A DNA stretch of 60,929 nt from Anaerolineae bacterium (GTDB lineage Bacteria > Chloroflexota > Anaerolineae > B4-G1): the NCBI GenBank assembly GCA_035531135.1, contig DATKTN010000171.1, forward strand, positions 1-60,929, written 5' to 3'. The stretch's first letter is position 1, and each line of letters opens with the position of its first letter. Below are positions 58,706 to 60,929 of this stretch, piece after piece. The position numbers were made by a program, and so were the translations under genes. The notes beneath the pieces were generated by a model that saw only the letters and a program-made list of their open reading frames with translations, did not search any database and had not been told where the DNA came from.

Positions 58706-58952
58706 CAAGCCCCCTGCGAAGCTGGGGGTCCGTGACAGCTTGCCCAGGCAAGACCTGGCGCAGCGGTGACCCCACCCCCCACTACGTGGGGGGCTTCTGG
58801 GGTGCCGTGACAGCTTGCCCAGGCAAGACCTGGCGCAGCAGTGACCCCACCCCCCACTACGTGGGGGGCTTCCTGCTGGGGTGCCGTGACAGCCTGCCCA
58901 GGCAAGACCTGGCGCAGCGGTGACCCCACCCCCCACTACGTGGGGGGCTTCT
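58706..58952. repeat. Three-unit composite palindrome array (75/79-nt period), IS200/IS605-end-like or BIME-like
   Basis: Units start GTGACAGC at 58732, 58807 and 58886; each holds gcccaggcaagacctggcgc and ccccccac-tac-gtgggggg hairpins. Confidence 0.85.
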
Positions 58953-58966
58953 ACGCGCCCTGCAAG

Positions 58967-60928
<1,962 letters not shown>

Positions 60929-60929
60929 C

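Noticed and set aside
58732-58952. Mini CRISPR array
   Set aside because: The would-be spacers are identical between units; no cas genes

Overview
GC-rich bacterial chromosome segment, most consistent with Chloroflexota, probably Anaerolineae. This is inferred from Pro/Thr-rich lipoproteins, many TPR proteins, short heptamer repeats and a monoderm-type envelope gene set. Most of the window is core genome: rfbB, ttcA-like, argF, cdaA-cdaR-der, an M16 peptidase pair, acpS, trpS, dtd, degV, a two-component system, a sugar ABC transporter, rpsO-pnp-lepB, murJ, a sortase, proS, tadA, partial leuS, and three tRNAs (Leu-CAA, Val-CAC, Ser-CGA). I found no integrase, transposase, cas, reverse transcriptase or phage gene. 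The most interesting observations are: (1) a SAM-I riboswitch controlling an archaeal-type methionine adenosyltransferase; (2) a promoter- and terminator-bounded ~160-nt structured RNA ahead of a degenerate MazG / metallophosphoesterase / ParB-like operon; (3) a SNF2 helicase coupled to a multi-zinc-finger partner; (4) a secreted protein with eight 20-aa repeats, a suspicious TAG stop and two near-identical flanking hairpins; (5) an 81-nt two-state RNA structure between tadA and tRNA-Ser; (6) a three-unit IS200/IS605-end-like palindrome array after leuS; and (7) several pseudo-enzymes and inserted domains. Family calls come from motif recognition by eye, RNA folds were paired by hand, and no database search was run.
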